Shown here: positions 42,501-53,200 of the stretch, piece by piece
Numbering within the stretch: the stretch's first letter is position 1
Layout of the letters: each line of letters begins with the position of its first letter
Notes under the pieces: generated by a model
Told to the model about the DNA's origin: nothing
Seen by the model: only the letters and a program-made list of their open reading frames with translations
Database searches by the model: none
DNA from: an uncultured bacterium
GTDB taxonomy: Bacteria; Acidobacteriota; Thermoanaerobaculia; Multivoradales; J023
Length of the DNA stretch: 64,000 nt
NCBI GenBank assembly: GCA_965371445.1
Contig: CBDUYN010000036.1
Location: forward strand, 100-64,099
Reading direction: 5' to 3'
Program-made: the position numbers and the translations under genes

Positions 42501-44275
42501 TCCTCGCCCAGGAGCGGCTCCAGCGTCCCGACCGAGCGGTCGACGGCGTCGCGAAAGACCTCCTCGGCCGCGTAGAGACCGCGTCCCATGCCAACGTACT
42601 GGCTGCCCTGGCCCGAGAACAGAAAGGCCACCGGCCGTTCCCGCGGCTCCTCGCGGTCGGCGGCGCTCCACACGTGCTGCGGCAGCTCGCCAGCAAGCGC
42701 CGCGACTGCTTCGGCGCGCTCGCGGACCACGAGGGCCTGGCGGTGGCGAAAAACGGTTCGTCCCTGGCGCAGGGTAAAGGCCACGTCAGCCATGGTTTCT
42801 TCGCCGGCCTCGGCCGCGAGATGGGTGCGCAGGTTCTCCGACGCCGTCGCCAGGGCGCTCTCGCTTCGCGCCGAGAGGACCAGGAGCTGCCACTCCCGCG
42901 ACGCCCCGGAAGGTTCCGGCTCCGGCGCCTCCTCGAGGACGGCGTGGGCGTTGGTGCCGCCGACCCCGAAAGAGCTGACGCCGGCGCGCCGCGGCATGGC
43001 GTCTCGCCGGGTCCACTCCTCGAGCTTTTGGGCGACGTAGAACGGGCTCGCGGCCAAGTCGAGCGCCGGGTTGGGACGTTCGAAGTGCACGGTGGGGGGA
43101 ATCTTCCGGTGCTCCAGGGCGAGCACCGTCTTGATCAGCCCGGCGACCCCGGCGGCGGCGTCGAGGTGGCCGAAGTTCGACTTGATCGAGCCGAGGGCGC
43201 AAAAGCCCTTGGCGGCGGTCGCTTCGCGGAAGACCTTGGTGAGGGCGCGCACCTCGATCGGATCGCCGAGCGAGGTGGCGGTGCCGTGGCATTCGACGTA
43301 GCCGATGCCCTCGGGGTCGACCCCGGCCATCTCCTGGGCGGCGGCGACGACCTCCGCCTGGCCCTCGACCGAGGGGGCGGTGTAGCTGACTTTCGCCGAG
43401 CCGTCGTTGTTGATCGCCGTCCCCTTGATCACCGCGCGGATCGAATCGCCGTCCTCGATCGCGTCGGCGAGGCGCTTCAGAGCGACCACGCCGATGCCGC
43501 TGCCGAAGATGGTGCCGGCGGCTTGTTCGTCGAAGGTGCGGCAATGGCCGTCGGGCGAGGCGAGGCCGCCTTCCTGGTGGAGGTAGCCGATCCGGCCCGG
43601 GACCTTCACCGTCACGCCGCCGACCAGCGCCATGTCGCACTCGTAGCTCAAGAGCCCCAGGCAGGCCAGGTGGGTGGCCACCAGCGATGTCGAGCAGCTG
43701 CTCTGGACGATTATCGAGGGTCCCTTCAAGTCGAGCTTGTAGGATGTCCGGGTCGGCATGAAGTCCTTGTCGTTGGTGATGAAGACCTGGAATGCCCCGG
43801 CGCCGTCGAAAAGCTCGCGGTGCGTCATCAGGTTCGACAGCAGGTAGGTGTTCCAGGCCACCCCGGCGTAGACCCCGATCAAGCCGTCGAAGCCGGCCGG
43901 CGTATGGCCGGCGTTCTCCAACGCGCTCCAGGCATGCTCGAGGAAGAGCCGCTGCTGGGGATCCATGAGCGCGGCGTCGCGGGCGTTGTAGCCGAAGAAG
44001 TCGGCATCGAACTCTTCGGCGCCTTCGATGGCGCTCGCCATCTTGACGTAGCCGTCGCGGGCGAGGACCGAGCGCGGGACCCCGGCGGCGATCAGCTGCT
44101 CGTCGGTGAGCGGCTCGACCGCCTCACGGCCTTCCGCGAGGAGCTTCCAGAGAGCGTCGAGGTCGCGGGCACCAGGAAAGCGCCCGGACATGCCGATCAC
44201 GGCGACGTCGCGCTCGGACGTTTCGTCGCCCGCGCCGTCGGCGGACGTGTCTTCGTCGTGCAGCAGCTCGTTCAT
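39599..44275 (-). CDS. Type I polyketide synthase, one module: KS-AT-KR-T
   Basis: The track lists ORF 39599..47053, but its first roughly 925 aa are an Arg/Gly/Pro-rich out-of-frame read through the upstream gene. The real start is ATG 44275 (MNELLHDEDTSADGAG...DVAVIGMSGRFPGARD), in an ATGA overlap with the upstream stop at 44272-44274. KS: SSCSTSLVATH, ECHGTATSLGD, KSNFGHLDAAAG. AT: FLFSGQGSQY, GHSIGEY, SHAFHS. KR: LTGGLQGNGYA ... GAYASANSF. T: DNFFELGGDSFIAVR. The C-terminal tail is very basic: KRRRTRKKAG. Confidence 0.92.
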   Translation of the reverse strand: MNELLHDEDTSADGAGDETSERDVAVIGMSGRFPGARDLDALWKLLAEGREAVEPLTDEQLIAAGVPRSVLARDGYVKMASAIEGAEEFDADFFGYNARDAALMDPQQRLFLEHAWSALENAGHTPAGFDGLIGVYAGVAWNTYLLSNLMTHRELFDGAGAFQVFITNDKDFMPTRTSYKLDLKGPSIIVQSSCSTSLVATHLACLGLLSYECDMALVGGVTVKVPGRIGYLHQEGGLASPDGHCRTFDEQAAGTIFGSGIGVVALKRLADAIEDGDSIRAVIKGTAINNDGSAKVSYTAPSVEGQAEVVAAAQEMAGVDPEGIGYVECHGTATSLGDPIEVRALTKVFREATAAKGFCALGSIKSNFGHLDAAAGVAGLIKTVLALEHRKIPPTVHFERPNPALDLAASPFYVAQKLEEWTRRDAMPRRAGVSSFGVGGTNAHAVLEEAPEPEPSGASREWQLLVLSARSESALATASENLRTHLAAEAGEETMADVAFTLRQGRTVFRHRQALVVRERAEAVAALAGELPQHVWSAADREEPRERPVAFLFSGQGSQYVGMGRGLYAAEEVFRDAVDRSVGTLEPLLGEDLRRILWPEDGEAEEAAAKLARTRFTQPALFVLGHALAELWKSWGVVPQAMLGHSIGEYVAACLAGTLRLDDALALVAARGRLMDELPAGAMLAVPLAGAELAEELTGDPRLAVAATNEPSRTVVSGTVEAIDVLAEKLEGRGVEGRRLHTSHAFHSPMMDPILDAFTAEVRRIELHPPKIPWVSNVTGTWISPEDATDPAYWARHLRQGVRFADGVATLLAEEERVLLEVGPGRALATLASRHPSRRPEQPVFSSLRHPQDAAEGLGEDQAHMLASLGRLWLAGVELDPAALYAGERRRRVALPTYPFERRRYWIEAGEMAAAADAATLRQQPEIADWFYLPSWKPSLLPPAPADAALASTWLVLERSAGLAAALAERLGENTARVVRVEPGRAGGGLKRRGEGAYAVDPADAAAWEALAQELAAGGELPGAVVHAWRLGGLDAPPLASAAGFEAASDEGLASLLALARAFATLPVPAAGVDVLVVASGMKRLLPGEPLRPERAALLGLCRVLPEELPGVRCRALDAGAGLEGDAAALAARLVAEVAAGGDEEVVAWRGRQRYVEAFEPVRTEEPPAVPLREGGVYVLTGGLQGNGYAFARYLARSWRARLALFEAAKAGDDEALRRRVAALEELGAEVAVFDVDLADAASLEGALEGVEERFAALHGLLHTAGTAGEETFRSLAEIDAGHLAAHFRPKVQGALALEAALQARGAQLDFCLLLSSLASVLGGLAYGAYASANSFLDAFVQERSGRGAAIPWRSVGWDVWEFEDEDEQLTGLRPDLAELAMTPRQGEEAFRRLLGLDAELVLVSTGALEARLAERRRRIAAHAVPAAAGTPAGERHPRPELQTPYAAPDSDLERRIAEVWQDFLGFEPIGVDDNFFELGGDSFIAVRVAARLREVLAVELPVAQLYQRLTVRSLAELLAQDAGEADAERAAHLAERRESMDRRQEMLKRRRTRKKAG

Positions 44276-47200
44276 CGAATCTTGCGCCTCGGCCGCTTGC
44301 CGCGGCTTTTCAAGGTTGTCCCGAGAGCCGCCTTGCGCCGGCTTGCCCGAGAACGGGTTTTGGCAAAGGCCTCCTCGGCCTCGGCCGGGGGCTCGAGATG
44401 ATGTGCCAGGGCTTTGATCGACGGGGCCTCGAAGAGGCTCACCGTGGCGATCTCGCGCCCCAGCCGGCGCTTGAGCTCGCCCACCACCTGGACGCCGACG
44501 AGCGACGTCCCGCCGAGCTCGAAGAAGTTGTCGTGCACACCGATCTCGTCGACACCCAGGTAGCGCTGCCAGACCTCGGCGATCACTTTTTCCAGCCCGG
44601 CGACCGGGGCGACGTACTCGGTGCTGAGCTCGCCCCGATCGTGACGCTCGGCGGGAGCGTCGAGGCCGGCGAGCTCCGTCGCCAGGCGGGTGGGATCGAA
44701 GTCCGCGTAGGCTTTCTGTACCGCGGCGAGGTCGCGCGGCGAGACCACCAGATGCGGCGGCACCCGGGGCGCCGAGAGGACCCGGCGCAGCACTTCGGCG
44801 GCGTCCGCCGGCTCGACGGTTCCCTCGAGGATCGCCGCCGCCAGGTCCGTCTCTTCCTCCGCGGACCCGTTCGCGGGGGACGACATCCGTGCCAACTCCT
44901 CGACCGCCGCCAATTCGAGGCGCTTCATCGAGAATCCTTCGACCACGACTCGCACCGCACCCTCCGTGTCGAAGAGGACGGCGTCGCAGGAGAGGGTGTC
45001 GCCCCCTTCCTTGCCACGTAGCACCAAGTGGCTGCGGAAGCGCTGCGGCAGCGCCGCGTGGCAACGCAGACGCTCGTAGGAGAGGGGCAGGTAGTCGCCC
45101 TCGCGGACCAGCTGCACGTAACCCACGGCGATGTCGAGAAGCGCCGGATGGAGCTCGCACCGGACGAGGTCGGAGGCCAGGTCGTCGGGCAAGGAGATCT
45201 CCGCCACCAGCTCCCCTTCGCCCACCTGGACGCGCTCCAACCCCTGCCAGCGGCGCCCGGTGACGAGGAACTCGCGGCTCGAGCGCGCCACGGCGTCTTC
45301 GGCGGTGATTTCGCCGCTCATCCGCCTCTCTATCTCTCCGAAGTCCTGCTCGAGGACGGCCGGCGCCTTGGCGGCGACCGCCACCTCGCCGCGGCAATGC
45401 TCCTTCCAGCCCTCGGCGGAACCGGCCGGCCGGCTCAGCACCCGGAAGCGGGCGGCCTCCCCGGCCTCCTCCAGGTCGAAGACGGTGAGCACCTCGCGGC
45501 TTGCGCCGTCGTCGACGACGAGGGGCTCCGGGAAGACCACGTCGCGGATCTCGAGCGGCCGGCTCGCGGCGCGCTCGGCAAAGGCCGCCCGCGCCATTTC
45601 CAGGTAGGTCGCACCGGGCACCGTCGGCCGGCCGGCGATCCGGTGCTCGGCGAGCACCCACTGACCGGCGACGGTGTAGATCGCCCGGTAGACTTCGCGC
45701 TCGGCGGTCTTCACCATGCGCAGGCCGAGCAACGGATGGCCGGGCGCCCCCGCGGCCGCCATGCCGACGCCGCGCCACCGGTCCCAGCCCAGGGAGAGGA
45801 TCCGCGCCCCGCGGCGACCGCCGCCCAGGCGCCGGGTTTCGGCCTGGGCAAAGGCGTCGAGAAAAGCGTTGGCGGCGCAGTAGTCGGCCTGGCCGAAGCC
45901 GCCGGCGACCGCGTTGATCGACGAGCACAGCACCAGGAAGTCGAGGGGCTCGCCAGCGAGGGCTTCGTAGAGCGCCCGCGTGCCGGCGACCTTGGGGCGC
46001 AGCACTGCCGCCGCCGCCGCGGCGGAGCGCGTCTCGACGAGGCCGCCGCCGGCGATTCCGGCGGCGTGGATCGCCCCGCGGATCGGTCCCAGGCGCGTGC
46101 GGGCCTCCTCGAGCACCGCCGCCAGGGCGTCCTTGTCGGCAACGTCGGCGGTGGCGGCGAAGACCTCGGCGCCCGCCGCCTCGAGCTCGCGCACGCCGCG
46201 GATCGCCCGCGACAGGGGATCGTTCTCGCCGCGCTCGGCGACGGTGGCGTCCCACGCCTCGCGCGGCGGCAAGGAGCGGCGGCCGACGAGCGCCAGGCGG
46301 GCGCGGACTCCGTCGTCGCCGAGCGGCGTCGCCTCGACAAGGGCGCGCGCCAGCACGAGGCCGACGCCCCCGAGGCCGCCGGTGACGAGGTAGGCCGCCC
46401 CCGGCGCGAGCCACGGCTCGGCCGGCGGCAGCGTCACGGGCTCGAAGGCACGCACCCAGCGGCCGCCGCCGCGCCAGGCCACTCGGCGTTCGGCGGCGCT
46501 GGCCGTCTCGAGCTCTGCGGCGAGGTCGTCGAGCAGGTCGCCCGTGTCCTCTTCCGAGTCGGGGTCGACGTCGATCGAGCGGCAGCGAAGCCGCCGCAGC
46601 TCCTGGGGCACCGCCTCGAGCAGCCCCCATAGCGCCGCTCCGGCCGGCTCGACGGCCTCCTGCGGCTGGACTCGCCAAGCGCGGCGAGTCACCAGGTCGA
46701 GCGCCACCGGCGCCTCGCCGGCGAGCCCCGCCAGGGCCTGGACCAGGGCGAGCAGCGCCGCCACGGCGGCCTCCGCGTCGGCGAGCTGCGCCGCCGGCGC
46801 GTCGAGCGGCCAGGCACAGACGACGCGGTGCGGCGCCTCGCCGAGCTTCTCGAGAAACGCCGCGTAGCCCTCCCTCCCGCGCAGCTCGCCGACGTCGGCC
46901 GTCACGAGCCGCCGGTCGTTTGCCGCCAACCGCTTGGCCAGACGGACGCCGAGGGCGTCGCCGGCGACGAGCAGCAACCAGGTCTCGGGAGACGCCGGCC
47001 TGGCCGCGGCGGCACCCAGGAACGACGGCTTCCAGACCGGCGCGTAGAGCCAACGGCCGACGTCGTCGTGGCGGGTGAGGGCCGGGCGCTCGGCGGGGGC
47101 TTCGCGGGGCGGTGCCGCGGTGACCCAGTAGGTCTTGCGCTCGAAGGGATAGGTCGGCAACGCCAGGCGCCGCCGGTGCTCCTCACGGTAGAAGTAGAAG

Positions 47201-50200
47201 CCGTCCCAGTCGATCTCCACCCCGGCCTGCCACAGCCGGCCGAGGGCGCTTGACATGACCTCCTCCACACCGTCGCGGTCCTTGGGATGAGGCAACGAGG
47301 AGACGAAGACGCGGCCGCGCGCCTGCGGCCGGGCGAGGGTGGTGAGCGTGTGCCCGGGTCCGACCTCGAGAAAAATGCCCGGATCGGCGGCCAGCCTCGA
47401 GACGGCGTCGGCGAAGCGTACCGGCTCGGCGAGGTGGCGCCCCCAGTAGCCAGGGTCGGTGGCTTCCTCGTCGGTGATCCAGGTGCCGGTGAGGTTGGAG
47501 ACGAAGGGGATGTCGGGCTCCCCCAGGTCGAGCCGGGCCACCTCTCGGACGAAGGGGTCGACCGCCGGCGCCATCATCGACGAATGGAAGGCGTGAGAGG
47601 TGTGGAGCCGCCGGTGGCGGACTCCGGAGCTCTCGAGCTCGGACGCCAGCGCGAGGATCTCCCGCTCCGGTCCCGACACGACACAGTCGTCGGGACCGTT
47701 GACCGCCGCCAGCGATGTGGTGCTGTCGAGCAGCGCCAGCAGCTCCCCCTCGCCGAGGCCGACCGCCAGCATGGCACCCGGCGGCAGCTCCTGCATCATG
47801 CGGCCGCGTGCCGCGACCAGGCGCAGGGCGTCGCCGAAGTTGAAGACACCCGCCAGGCAAGCGGCCACGTACTCGCCGATCGAATGCCCCGCCATCGCCG
47901 CCGGAGTCACGCCCCAGGTCATCCACAACCGGGCCAGGGCGTACTCGACCGCGAAAAGCGCCGGCTGGGTGAGCCGCGTCTCGCGCAGCCGCTCGGCGGC
48001 CGCCGCGAGGTCGGTCCCCGCCGGAGGGTAGAGCACCTCGCGCAGGTCGAGACCGATTTCGGCCTGGAGCAGCTCGGCGCAGCGGCCGATTTCCTTCTTG
48101 AAGACCGGCTCGTTGTCGTAGAGCTGACGCCCCATCCCCAGGTACTGCGAGCCCTGGCCCGAGAACAGGAAAACCACCCGCCGCCGCGCCGCGGCGAGGC
48201 CGCCGCGCCGCGCCTGGGAGCTGCCGGGGCGCACCGGCGCGGCGGCCTGGACGTCGAGGCGTCCCGGGCGCAGGCGCTCGGGATCGACGGCGGCGAGCGC
48301 GGCGGCGGCTTCGTCACGGTCGCGAGCCACCATGAAGCGCCGGTGCTCGTAGGCCGTTCGTCCCACCTGCAGGGTGAAGGCGACGTCGGCCAGGTCGGCG
48401 TCGCTCGTGCGCAGGTGCTCGCCCAGGCGCCGGGTCGCCGCGTCGAGGGCGGTCGAGGTCTTGGCCGAGAGGAGCAGCAGGTGCACACCGCTCGAGGCGC
48501 TCGTCGGCGCTGGCGGCGGCGCTTCTTCCAGCACCACGTGGGCGTTGGTCCCGCCGATGCCGAAAGAGCTCACCCCGGCACGCCGCACCCGGCCGTGGGA
48601 ACGCCAGTCGCGCCGCTCGCGGGGGACGAAGAAGGGGGTCGCCGCGAAGGGGATCTTCGGGTTCGCCGACTCGAAGTGCAGGCTCGGGGGGATCGTCGCG
48701 TGGCGCAGCGCTCCGACCGCCTTGATCAGGCCGGCGACGCCGGCGGCGGTGTCGAGATGGCCGACGTTGGTCTTCACCGAGCCCAGGGCGCAGTAGCCGG
48801 TCTCGTGCGTCACCTCGCCGCCGTGGGAGATGCGCGAGCCGCCGCGGTGGAAGACCTGGGTCAGCGCCGTCACCTCGATCGGGTCGCCGAGCTCGGTGCC
48901 CGTGCCGTGGGCCTCGACGTAGCCGATCGAGCGCGGCTCGACGCCGGCGGCGTCGAGGGCGGCGGTGATCACCTCCTCCTGCCCCTCGACCGAGGGCGCC
49001 GTGTAGCCGACCTTGAACGAGCCGTCGTTGTTGATCGCCGAGCCCTTGATCACCGCCAGTACAGAGTCGCCGCCGGCGAGGGCACGCTCGAGGTCTTTCA
49101 GCACCACCACGCCGAGGCCGTTGCCGAGCACCGTACCGGCGGAGTCCTTGGAAAAAGCGCGGCAGTGTCCGTCGGGCGAGAGGATGCCCCCCTCCTCGTA
49201 GAAGTAGCCCTGGCGCTGCGGCACCCGCACGGCCACGCCGCCGGCCATCGCCATGTCCGACTCGCCGGCCTTCAAGCTCTGGCAGGCCAGGTGGACGGCC
49301 ACCAGCGAGCTCGAGCAGGCGGTCTGCACGTTGATCGAGGGGCCGCGCAGGTTGAGCTTGTAGGAGGCCCGCGTGGGGACGAAGTCCTTGTCGTTGGAGA
49401 TGAAGGCCTGGTAGCTGCCGGCCAGCCGCGACAGGCGATCCTCTCCGGCGTGGAGCAGGTAGGTGTTCATGCCGACACCGACGTAGAGGCCGATCTTGCC
49501 GTCGTAGCGCCGGGTGTCGTAGCCGGCGTTCTCCAGGGCCTCGTAGGCGCACTCCAGGAAGAGCCGGTGCTGCGGGTCCATGACCTCCGCCTCGCGCGGC
49601 GTGAAGCCGAAGAAGGAGGCGTCGAAGTCCTCGGCACCGTCGAGCACGCCGCGCGCCCGGACGTAGCGCGGATCGGCGAGGACCTCACCCGGCACGCGCT
49701 CGGCGAGCTCGTCGTCGGTGAAGAAGGTGATCGACTCGACGCCTTCGCAGAGGTTGTGCCAGAAAGCGTCGACGTCGCGGGCGCCGGGAAAGCGGCCGGC
49801 CATCCCGACGATCGCCACGTCCATACGCTCGGCCAGCGCCTTCCGGCGTACCCGGTGAGGCTCGGGGACGGCCTCCTCCGGCGCCAGGCGGCGGGCGAGG
49901 GCGTCGATCGTCGGATATTGGAAAAGGTCGACCACGGTGACGTCGTCGCGCTCCAGGCGCTCGACGAGCAGGCGGTGCAGCCGCGCCGCGAGGAGCGAAT
50001 GGCCGCCGAGGTCGAAGAAGTTGTCGTGCAGGCCCACGACCTCGACGTCCAGCACTTTGCACCAGAGCTCGGCGAGGGTCTGCTCGAGCTCGGTCCGCGG
50101 CAGCTTGCGCACCGCCGCCGTGGCCCGCGGCGCCGCCGTCCGGGGAGCCGGCAGGGCCCTGCGATCGACCTTGCCGTTGGGCAGGAGCGGCAGCTCGTCG

Positions 50201-53200
50201 AGGCGCACGAAGGCCGACGGCACCATGTAGTCGGGCAGGCCGTGGCGCAGGAAGCGGCGCAGCTCACCGTCGTCGGCCGCCTCGTCCTCGCCGTCGACGA
50301 GGTAGGCCACCAGGCGCGGATCGCCGGGATCGTCGCCGTGTACCACGACCACCGCCTGGCGCACGGCCGGATGGCCGGCGAGGGCCGCCTCGATCTCTCC
50401 CAGCTCGATGCGGTAACCGCGCACCTTGACCTGGTAGTCGACGCGGCCGAGGAATTCGAGGTTGCCGGTGTCGCGGTAGCGCGCCAGGTCGCCGACGCGG
50501 TAGAGGCGCTCGCCGCTCGCCGAGCCGAGCTCGGCGGCGAAGGGGTCGGGCACGAAACGTTCGGCGGTGAGCCCCGGCCGGCCGCGGTACCCCCACGCCA
50601 GGCCGTCGCCGCCGATCCACACCTCGCCGGGCACTCCGATCGGCACCGCCTCGAGGCGGGCGTCGAGCACGTGCAGCCGGGTGTTGGCGATCACCCCGCC
50701 GACCTGGACCGGCTCCTCCCCGGCTCCCACCCGCCGGACCGCCGACCAGATGGTGGTCTCGGTGGGGCCGTACATGTTCCAGAGGCTCTGCCCTTTCTCC
50801 ACGAGCCGTGCCGCCAGCTCCGCCGGCAACGCCTCGCCGCCGCAGAGCATCTTGAGGCCCGGCCGGCCGCGCCAGCCGCTTTCGAGCAGCAGCCGCCAGG
50901 TGGCCGGCGTCGCCTGCATGACGGTGACGCCGCGCTGCGCGATCTCCTGGCCCAGGCGCAAGCCGTCGGTGACCAGGTCGCGGCCCGCAAGGACGAGGCG
51001 CGCCCCCACCGTGAGCGGTAGGAAGATCTCCAACACCGCGATGTCGAACGCCAGGGTGGTGACCGCCAGCAGTACGTCGCGTGGCTCCAGGCCGGGACGG
51101 CGGCGCATCGACGCGAGGAAGTTGACCACCGCCCGGTGCGGGATCTCGACGCCCTTGGGCTTGCCGGTCGAGCCGGAGGTGTAGATTACGTAGGCCAGGT
51201 TCTCGCCCCGCGGCGCCGGGGGGCCGGGGCCGGACGCGGCCTCCGGGGAGGGTTCGGCGTCGATCTCCAGCACCTCGCTCGCCGCCGCGGCGAGACCGTC
51301 CAAGAGACGGCGCTCGCGACGGCGCGTCACGAGCAGCCGCAGCTCCTGGGCGCGGCAGGCGTCCTCCAGCATGTAGGTCAACCGCTCCTCCGGATAGGCC
51401 GGGTCGAGGGGCACGTAGGCGCCGCCCGCCTTCAAGACCCCCAAGAGGGCCACCACCATGTCGAGCGAGGGCTCGATGGCCAGGCCTACCGCCACGTCGG
51501 GGCCCACCCCCAGCCGGATCAGACGCGCGGCCAACCACGCGGCGCGCGCCTCGAGCTCGCCGTAGCTAAGCTCGCCGCCCTCGCAGGCGACGACCGCCAC
51601 GGCTTCGGGGGTGCGCCGCGCCTGGGCCTCCACCAGCTGGTGGAGACAGAGCTCGCGCGGGTAGTCGGCGGCCGTGACGTTCCAGTCGTGGAGCAATTGC
51701 CGGCGCTCGGCGGCGGCGAGCATCTCGAGATCCGCGAGCCGCCGCTCGGGCTCGGCGACGGCCGACTCCAGGAGGCAGCGCAGGTGGCCGAGCAGGCGCT
51801 CGACGGTGCTCCCCTCGAAGAGGTCACGGTTATACTGTAGGGAAAGGCCGACTTCAGCGTCGACGGCGGCCGCTGTCAGGGAGAGCTCGAACTGGGCGGC
51901 GCGGGTCTCGAGCTCGATCGACTCCCACTCCAACCCCCCGAGCACCAGGCGGGTACCCTCCCGGCCCAAGGCGAACGCGTCGAGGCCCTCGCGGCGCAGG
52001 CGAGGGGCCTGCTGCAGGGTGAAGAGGACCTGGAAGATTGGCGAACGGCTCACCCCGCGCTCGGGGTGGAGGCGCTCTACCAGCAGGTCGAAGGGGTAGC
52101 CCTGGTGACGAAAGGCGTCGAGCACCGTACGCCGCGTCTGCGAGAGGAAACCGCGCCACGTCGTCTCGCCGGCAAGGTCGCCACGCATCACCAGCGAATT
52201 GACGAAATAGCCCACCAGCCCTTCGAGCTCCGGGCGCAGGCGTCCCGCGGTGGGCGAGCCCACCAGGATCCGGCGTTGCCCGGTGTAGCGGTGGAGCAGG
52301 GCCTGAAAGGCGGCGAGGAGCACCATGTAGAGGGTGGCGCCGGAGCGTCCGGCGAGCTCGCTCAGCCGCTCGCCGAGCGCCGCCGGCACCGCGGCGCGGC
52401 GCACGGCGCCGTTCCAGGTCTGGACCGGCGGCCGAGGCTTGTCGGTGGCGAGGTCCAAAGGCTCCAGGCTGCCGGCGAGCGAGTCGAGCCAATAGCCCTC
52501 CAGCCGTTCGCGCTCTTCGCCTTCGAGCGCCCGGCGCTCGAAGGCGACGTAGTCGCTGTAGCGCAGCGCGAGCGGTGCCAGGGGTAGAGGCCGGTTCTCC
52601 TTCTCGGCGAGATAGGCGACGCCGAGCTCCTCGAGCAGCACGGCCAGAGACCAGAAGTCGGCCACGGCGTGATGCACCACCAGGAGCAGGAAGTGCTCGC
52701 CTGGCCCCCGCTCGAGGATTCTCACCCTGAGCAGCGGGCACTGGCGCAGGTCGAATGGCCGATGGGCCTCCTCGGCCAGGCGGTCGCGCCATCGCGCCTC
52801 GTCCCAGCCTGCGGCCTCCTCGACGTGGAAGCTGAATCCCTTCGCGGCGTCGGCGTGGACCTCCTGCGTGACCTCACCGTGGGGGTCGCGGAAGCTGGTG
52901 CGCAGCGCCGGATGGCGCTCGACCAGGCGCCTAAAAGCGCGGCGCAGCGCGCCGGTGTCGAGCTCTCCGAGAAGGCGCGCCGCCGCCGCGACGTTGTAGG
53001 CCGGGCTCTCCGGCGCCAGGCAGTGGAGGAAGTAGAGGGCCTCCTGGCCGTAGGAGAGGGGATGCTCGCCCTCCGTTTCGCCGGTGGCCGGGATGGGCTC
53101 GGGAGCGTCGTCGGCGAGGCCTTCGAGGACCTCGTCGGCCAGCTCGGCGAGCGAGGCGCCTTCCAGCATCGCCGCCAGCTCGGGGGCGAAGCCCAGGTCC

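Noticed and set aside
44276-47053. N-terminal 900+ aa extension of the track ORF 39599..47053.
   Set aside because: The extension is an alternative-frame read through the KR-DH-T region of the upstream megasynthase and is composed of RRGGA-type junk. The KS starts right after the internal ATG 44275, which forms an ATGA overlap with the upstream stop.
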